Positions 36,001-41,964 of a stretch of DNA of 64,000 nucleotides are shown here, in pieces. The DNA is from Gammaproteobacteria bacterium (GTDB taxonomy: Bacteria > Pseudomonadota > Gammaproteobacteria > Eutrophobiales > Eutrophobiaceae). Location: positions 3,006,093 through 3,070,092 of the forward strand of contig OZ241347.1 of assembly GCA_965200295.1 (NCBI GenBank). Reading direction: 5' to 3'. Numbering within the stretch: position 1 is the first letter of the stretch; each line of letters opens with the position of its first letter. The translations under genes were made by a program, and so were the position numbers. The notes beneath the pieces were generated by a model. The model was not told the origin of the DNA. It was given only the letters and a program-made list of their open reading frames with translations, and did no database searches.

Positions 36001-37826
36001 GCGTCGTGCTCAGCCCATGCTCCGCTCGTGCCTTGACGCGCCCGGACCTTATAACTGGTGGCGCCGCTGGCAGAGTTCCAGGTGATGGTGTGGGCGCCGG
36101 CGCTCTTGGCCGGGCCATCTGCCGGCGGGGCAGCCAGGGGAACACCCACGGTAGCGTCACTCCATTCCGACCAGCCGCCGGCATTCTGTGCACGTATCCT
36201 TATCCGATAGGTGGCGCCGTTGGTCAGGCTGCGAATGGTAGTGCGGCGTGTAAGTCCGGTGACAGGATGTTGCCGGGTGGCGCTGCCGTCACGTTTGAAA
36301 GAGATCCCATAAGCGGTAATGGCTGCGCCGTTGCCGTCCGGGGTAGTCCAGGTCACCTGCAACTCGCCGGTGCCGGTGGTCACCGTCGGGCGGTCAGGCT
36401 TATCAGGTTCGTCCTGGGTACTCACGTTGACGGTGGCGCCGGGACTGAAATCAGACCAGCCCTCACTGTTCCCGGCCCGGACATGGACGGTGTAAGTGCC
36501 TGCAGCCAACCCGGAAACCGTGGCGCGGGTGGCGGCGCTGCCCGTGGTGGTGCGTTGCCAGGTGCCGCTGCCGCGGCGATACTGCAGGGTATAATCGGTA
36601 ATGGCATTACCGTTATCATCCGGCGCCGTCCAGGTGGCAGTGAACTGCCCTACCCCACCGGTCAGGGTGGGTCGGGCCGGACGCTCGGGCCGGTCAGCCG
36701 GAGGCGGCGCAACGGTTAACGTGGCGCTCTTTGTGGCAGAGGTGCCGCCGGGACCGGTGCAATAAAACTTGTCCGTGCGGGTGACAGTACGGTCTTTGGC
36801 TAACCAGTTGCCGCGGGTGCTGAAATCCTTCCCGTTCAGGTAACAGGCAGTGGCATTGGTGGATGACCAGCTTAACGTGGAGGAGGCTCCGTAGGCGACT
36901 GATGCCGGGCTCCAACTGATTGACGCCGTCGGTTTGGGAGTGCCGGTAATGGTCAGGGTGGCGCTCACCGTGGCGGAGGTGCCGCCGGGACCGGTGCAGT
37001 AAAACTTGTCCGTGCGGGTGGCGGTGCGATCTTTGGCTAACCAGTTGCCGCGGGTGCTGAAATCCTTCCCGTTCAGGTAACAGGCAGTGGCATTGGTGGA
37101 TGACCAGCTTAACGTGGAGGAGGCTCCGTAAGCGACTGATGCCGGGCTCCAACTGATTGACGCCGTCGGTTTGGGAGTGCCAGTGATGGTCAGGGTGGCA
37201 CTCACCGTGGCGGAGGTGCCGCCAGGGCCGGTGCAATACAAACTGTCGGTGCGCGTGTGTCGCTGGTTGGTGGCCCGCCAGCTATAGCCGGTGCCGCGCT
37301 CGGTTCTGTTCAGATAACAGGCGGTGGCATGGGTTGAAGACCAGATTAAGTTGGATGACCCGCCGTAGGCGATGGATGACGGCGACCAACGCATCGTGGC
37401 GGTGGGCTTGGGGGAGGTGACCGTGACACTTACCGGGCCGGCCGCGTCCCAGCAGGAGAGGCTCCCGAACACCGAGAGGCACTGCGAGGTTTTATAGCTG
37501 TAGGCGCCTGCTGCCTTGCCAGTGAAAGTCCTGGATGTGACGCTCCAGGGATACGTGCCTACCCACAACCAGCTCCCACTGCCAGTCTTCTCTAATAACT
37601 GTGTGCGAATAGAGTAGCTGGCCGGCCTGCTCCAGGTCACCGTATAAGATCCGTCCGTACTCGTAGCGGGGCTGACCGTCAGAGTGGGGGTCTGCGCCGC
37701 GGCGGGTAAGGAGGCGCCGGTGAACAGGCACAGGGACAACAGCAACGACCACAGGGTCCTGCTGCTGCCGACATAAGCAGGTATGGACCGGGATAGCGCC
37801 GACATACACCAACGGAGATCACGCAC
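26982..37826 (-). CDS. Giant secreted RHS/Tc-toxin BC-like protein (probable start 37805). Domains: signal peptide, Ig/FN3 repeats, SpvB-like domain, FG-GAP beta-propeller, RHS/YD shell and core, GH24 lysozyme tip
   Basis: Signal peptide '[40 protein letters not shown]'. Three tandem approximately 81-aa repeats. SpvB motif '[44 protein letters not shown]'. FG-GAP-like 'DxNGDGxxD' motifs at least six times. Numerous YD repeats. Core motifs '[13 protein letters not shown]...MAQLFNAE'. C-terminal '[21 protein letters not shown]...[44 protein letters not shown]...GLTSRRY' is a phage-type (GH24) lysozyme. Confidence 0.85.
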   Translation of the reverse strand: [3614 protein letters not shown]

Positions 37827-38044
37827 GAGGAAAGCCTCTGGTGTTGTTGGTTGTTCGTTTCTGCCCTGTTAAGCTGCAGGGCATGTGATTCGCGGCTCAC
37901 TCTATGAGACCGTCGCGGGACTGTCAAGCGTTTTTTGAGTTTTGTTTTTGAGTTTTATTCAGTTTAAGGCAGACTATGCACTGCTGTAACCGTGTAAAAA
38001 ATGAACGCAGAACCTCCGTTACGACCCTGGCAAACAACCTATTC

Positions 38045-39271
38045 ATGGCAACATTCAGATACAAGGCATTATCAGCGCAAGGCGGAGAGCCAGTGCGCGG
38101 GGATATTGACGCACCGTCCCGGGCGGCGGCCGTGCGCAAACTGCGACAGGCCGGGCAGCTGCCAATCAGTGTGCTGGCGAGCGGTGGTCAACCCTGGTTG
38201 CGCGCCGCTGCCCTGAAGTATCGACGCCCAAAGCGCAAGGTATCTCACCCGGATGTGGTGTTGCTGACCCGAGGTCTGGCTACCTTGCTGGAGGCCGGCC
38301 TGTCGCTGGAGCAGGCGCTACGGGCGCTGGCCGGCTTTGACCTGGCAGCGCCGGCCAGACGCATGGTAACGACCCTGGCCGAGCAACTGCAGGGCGGCGT
38401 CAGCTTGTCTGAGGCCCTGACACAACACCCGACAGTATTCGATGGCCTGTATATCAGTATGGTTCGGGCCGGTGAGGCCAGCGGCGCGCTGGATCAGGTG
38501 ATCGCACGGCTGGCGGATTACCTGGAACGCATGGCTGCGTTACGGGCCAACCTGATCAATGCTCTCATTTATCCGGGCATCCTGCTCGGTTTTTCCGTGG
38601 CGTCCGTGGTAGCGCTGATGACGTTTGTTATCCCGCAGTTTGTGCCCCTGTTTGAGGGCGCCAACCAGACGTTGCCGTGGCTGACGCGCGTAGTATTTAG
38701 CGGCTCGGCGTTATTCCAGGCCTACTGGTGGTGCCTGCCGCCTGGCCTGCTGCTGTGCGTCTGGAGTGTGGACAAGTATCTCGCCGACCCCGGGCGCCGC
38801 TATCGTGTGGATGGCTGGTGCTTGCGCCTGCCCTGGCTGGGCACGCTGATCCGGCAGGTAGAGATTGCGCGTTGTGCGCGCACCCTGAGCACGGCGCTCA
38901 GTCATGGGGTACCGCACCTGACCGGCATCGCGTTGGTGCGACAGGCCAGCGTCAATACGCACATAGCCGAGACGCTGGCGGCCGTGTCAAACAGCCTGGA
39001 GCAGGGACAGTCCATGGCCGCGCCGCTGAAAGAATCGCAACTGTGGCCGGCGCTGGCTACGCAACTGATCGAAATCGGTGAGGCCAGCGGTCAGCTGGAA
39101 CCCATGCTGGCAAAGCTGGCAGACATCTATGACGGAGAGGTGCAGGCCGGCATCAAACGACTGTTGACGGTGTTGGAACCGCTGTTGATACTGGGACTGG
39201 GCGGCCTGATTGCGGTGATCATCGCATCCGTGCTGCTGGCCGTGATGGGACTGAACGCACTGGTGATATAA
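38045..39271 (+). CDS. gspF: T2SS inner-membrane platform protein GspF
   Basis: 'MATFRYKALSAQGGEPVRGDIDAPSRAAAVRKLRQAGQLPISV' is a GspF-type N-terminus. About 408 aa with three transmembrane segments. Transcribed divergently from the RHS gene. Confidence 0.85.
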   Translation: MATFRYKALSAQGGEPVRGDIDAPSRAAAVRKLRQAGQLPISVLASGGQPWLRAAALKYRRPKRKVSHPDVVLLTRGLATLLEAGLSLEQALRALAGFDLAAPARRMVTTLAEQLQGGVSLSEALTQHPTVFDGLYISMVRAGEASGALDQVIARLADYLERMAALRANLINALIYPGILLGFSVASVVALMTFVIPQFVPLFEGANQTLPWLTRVVFSGSALFQAYWWCLPPGLLLCVWSVDKYLADPGRRYRVDGWCLRLPWLGTLIRQVEIARCARTLSTALSHGVPHLTGIALVRQASVNTHIAETLAAVSNSLEQGQSMAAPLKESQLWPALATQLIEIGEASGQLEPMLAKLADIYDGEVQAGIKRLLTVLEPLLILGLGGLIAVIIASVLLAVMGLNALVI

Positions 39272-39276
39272 TATAA

Positions 39277-39427
39277 GGTAACCTCTAAAAATGCCCTCCG
39301 TGGCATTTATAGAGACGGAAATGAAAAAGTGTGATTTTTCATTTCCTTCATTTTCAAGCACTTACGTGCTTAAAAATGGCAGCATATCTTTATGCTGCAC
39401 GGCCACCTCTAATTTTTAGAGGTGGCC
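39277..39427. repeat. Full copy of the composite palindromic repeat, between gspF and gspD
   Basis: Same five-hairpin architecture as 197-345, with compensatory changes in the stems (for example aagcacttacgtgctt in place of agtcactcacgtgact). Confidence 0.8.
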
Positions 39428-39440
39428 ATAACACACGCGC

Positions 39441-41738
39441 TTGTCTGATATTCTGCGCGCGGCTATGGCTGCGCCCGGCAAGAGCAAAACGGGTGCGCGG
39501 CGCGTGCGCCGTCAACCCGGCGGAGTCGTCGTTTTGAAAACTGTTTCGGGAGATGAAAAAACTGACATGTGCGGTATTGAGGAACAAACAGCAACCATTT
39601 GTAAGGACGCTGGAATCAGTGTGGACATAGGCCGCAGAACCGTGAGGTTAAGGCTGTTATGTCAACTCGGCTGCGTGGCGTTGCTGTTGGCGGCATGTTC
39701 TCATGCTCCGCCGGACAACAATGTTGCGTTACAGCCGGACGCTGAAACCAGGCAAGAGGGCGCGCCTGCGCCTGATACAGCAAACGCGCACACCCAAAAC
39801 ATCACCGCGGAAGCGGCAGAAGCGACTAACGCGCAACCGCGTCCGGCTGTGCGCGAACAGGCATCGACCGGCTTTGTTGGTGAACCATCCCCTCCAATAC
39901 CGTCCCAACCTGTCGCTGAGGGCGGCATCAACCTTAATTTTCAGGACACCGACCTGCGCGAGTTTGTGCGGCTGATCCTCAATGACGTGTTGAATGAAAA
40001 CTACGTTATTGACAGCAATGTGCAAGGCAGCGTCACCCTCAACACAGCCCGGCCGGTGCATCCGGATACGGCGCTGGGGTTGCTGGAAGATGTACTGGCC
40101 CTGCACGACGCGGCGCTGATCCGACAAGGCGACCTGTACCGTGTCGTGCCGGAACAGCAAGCGGCAGGGCAACTCTCTCCGGGTATGACTACGGCCGGAG
40201 GGTATGCCGTCCGGGTGCTACCGCTCAAGTATATTGCGGCGCAGGAGTTACAAACGCTGTTGGAGCCGTTCCTGGCAGAAGGCGCGAATGCGCGCATTGA
40301 TGCCAAGCGCAACCTGCTGGTGGTGTCCGGCACGCAACAAGAGATCGCCGCGCTACAGGACGCAGTGGCGCTTTTTGACGTGGACTGGCTGCGTGGGATG
40401 TCGATAGGCTTGTATCCCCTGTACCACGTCTCACCGGGCGCCATGAAAGCAGAACTGGAGGCGGTGTTGAACGCGCTGGATGCGGAAGAAGGGCAGGACC
40501 CGTTAGGCGGGCTGGTGCGTATTGTAGCGTTCGACCGGTTACAATCCGTGCTGTTGGTGGGCTCCACTCCCACAGCGCTGGCCGAGACGGAAACCTGGTT
40601 AAAGCGTCTGGATGTAGCTGGCGAAGGGGTGGACAAGCGCTTGTACGTGTATCACGTGCAGAATGCCAAAGCCGTCGAGTTGGGCGCCGTGCTGGGCCGT
40701 ATTTTCAATGTCTCTGCACGCGCCGATCGGCCCGGCGAGATGCAAGCAAGCCTGCCTCTGACCGCACTGCAAGAACAACCTGACGGTTTGGGCGCCGCAG
40801 TTGATGCCGGGGGGCTGGCGCTGTCAACGGATCAACACATCGATATTATTGCCGATGAGACACGTAATGCGCTGGTTATTCTGGCGCAGCCGCAGGCGTA
40901 CAAGTTAGTGCTTGCGGCCTTGACCGAACTGGACCAGGCGCCGCTGCAAGTGCTGATTGAAGCCAGTATTATCGAAGTCAGCCTCAGGGATGAACTGGAC
41001 TACGGGGTGGAATGGTTCTTCAAGAATAACTTCGAACGCGGCAACGTGGTAGGTGGGCGCGGTGCGCTGGACCTGGGCACAACCGGGATTGCCGCCACCG
41101 CCCCTTCGTTCTCCTACACCGTGTTGGATAACGCTGATCAGGCGCGCATCGCCCTTAACGCCCTGGAGCAGGAAACCCAGGTGAATATCCTCTCTTCACC
41201 GTCGTTGATGGTGTTGGATAACCAGACTGCGTTCATTAATGTAGGCGATGAGATTCCGGTGCCGGCGCGCCAGTCCGTCAGCAACATCAACCCGGACTCG
41301 CCCACCGTGAATGAGATACAGTTCCGGCAAACCGGCATTACTCTGACGGTCACGCCGCGGGTGAACCACAATGGCCGGGTAACCATGGACATCCGCCAGG
41401 AAGTCAGCAGCGCCGTGGGCACTACTTCATCAAACCTCGACGCGCCGACCATTCAGCAACGTCAGGTGGAAAGCACCGTAGCCGTGCATTCCGGGGAAAC
41501 CCTGGTGCTGGGCGGTTTGATCCAGGATTCTGCCAGCGACGCCGAGAGCGGCATTCCGGGCCTGCGCCGCATTCCGCTGCTGGGCAAGCTGTTCGGCGAG
41601 ACCCGGGCAGAGCAACGGCGCACGGAACTGTTGGTGCTGATAACGCCGCGGGTGATCGTGGATCGCAACGACATGCGGCAGATTACAGACGAGTTCAGGG
41701 ATAAGCTGCGCGCCATCGCGCCGGCGGGGCCGGCCTGA
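39441..41738 (+). CDS. gspD: T2SS secretin GspD (probable true start GTG 39642, giving a lipoprotein-type signal peptide)
   Basis: C-terminal secretin domain 'VLGGLIQDSASDAESGIPGLRRIPLLGKLFGE...LLVLITPRVI'. Internal GTG at 39642 yields 'MRLRLLCQLGCVALLLAAC/S' (lipobox). This is followed by a low-complexity Pro/Ala/Gln-rich linker. Confidence 0.85.
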   Translation: MSDILRAAMAAPGKSKTGARRVRRQPGGVVVLKTVSGDEKTDMCGIEEQTATICKDAGISVDIGRRTVRLRLLCQLGCVALLLAACSHAPPDNNVALQPDAETRQEGAPAPDTANAHTQNITAEAAEATNAQPRPAVREQASTGFVGEPSPPIPSQPVAEGGINLNFQDTDLREFVRLILNDVLNENYVIDSNVQGSVTLNTARPVHPDTALGLLEDVLALHDAALIRQGDLYRVVPEQQAAGQLSPGMTTAGGYAVRVLPLKYIAAQELQTLLEPFLAEGANARIDAKRNLLVVSGTQQEIAALQDAVALFDVDWLRGMSIGLYPLYHVSPGAMKAELEAVLNALDAEEGQDPLGGLVRIVAFDRLQSVLLVGSTPTALAETETWLKRLDVAGEGVDKRLYVYHVQNAKAVELGAVLGRIFNVSARADRPGEMQASLPLTALQEQPDGLGAAVDAGGLALSTDQHIDIIADETRNALVILAQPQAYKLVLAALTELDQAPLQVLIEASIIEVSLRDELDYGVEWFFKNNFERGNVVGGRGALDLGTTGIAATAPSFSYTVLDNADQARIALNALEQETQVNILSSPSLMVLDNQTAFINVGDEIPVPARQSVSNINPDSPTVNEIQFRQTGITLTVTPRVNHNGRVTMDIRQEVSSAVGTTSSNLDAPTIQQRQVESTVAVHSGETLVLGGLIQDSASDAESGIPGLRRIPLLGKLFGETRAEQRRTELLVLITPRVIVDRNDMRQITDEFRDKLRAIAPAGPA

Positions 41739-41743
41739 TTTAT

Positions 41744-41850
41744 GGTGACCTCTAAAAATGCCCTCCATGGCACATAAGCAGAGACGGAAACGGAAAAGTG
41801 CCCGAAAAAGTGGGACATTCCGTTTCCCTCATTGTGTCCATCCGTGGACG
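41744..41850. repeat. Partial copy of the composite palindromic repeat, downstream of gspD
   Basis: 'ggtgacctctaaaaatgccctccatggcac...gacggaaacggaaaagtgcccgaaaaagtgggacattccgtttccctc'. Confidence 0.7.
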
Positions 41851-41964
41851 CAACCCTACGGGCAGCTATCGCTGTGCACAAATTCGTCCGGAACGAATTT
41901 GGACAGCGCAGCTGGCCCCATTGGGGCAAACTACACGGATGTAGTTTGCAAAAGGAAAATAGTG

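Noticed and set aside
7000-38000. A CRISPR array or other short regular repeats in the highly repetitive region
   Set aside because: The repeats are kilobase-scale duplications of RHS coding sequence with unique AT-rich tips. They are not 25-40 bp direct repeats with unique spacers.
39441-39641. The N-terminal 67 codons of the gspD ORF call
   Set aside because: They have no signal-peptide or secretin features. The internal GTG at 39642 gives a lipoprotein signal. This stretch was treated as 5' UTR or leader.
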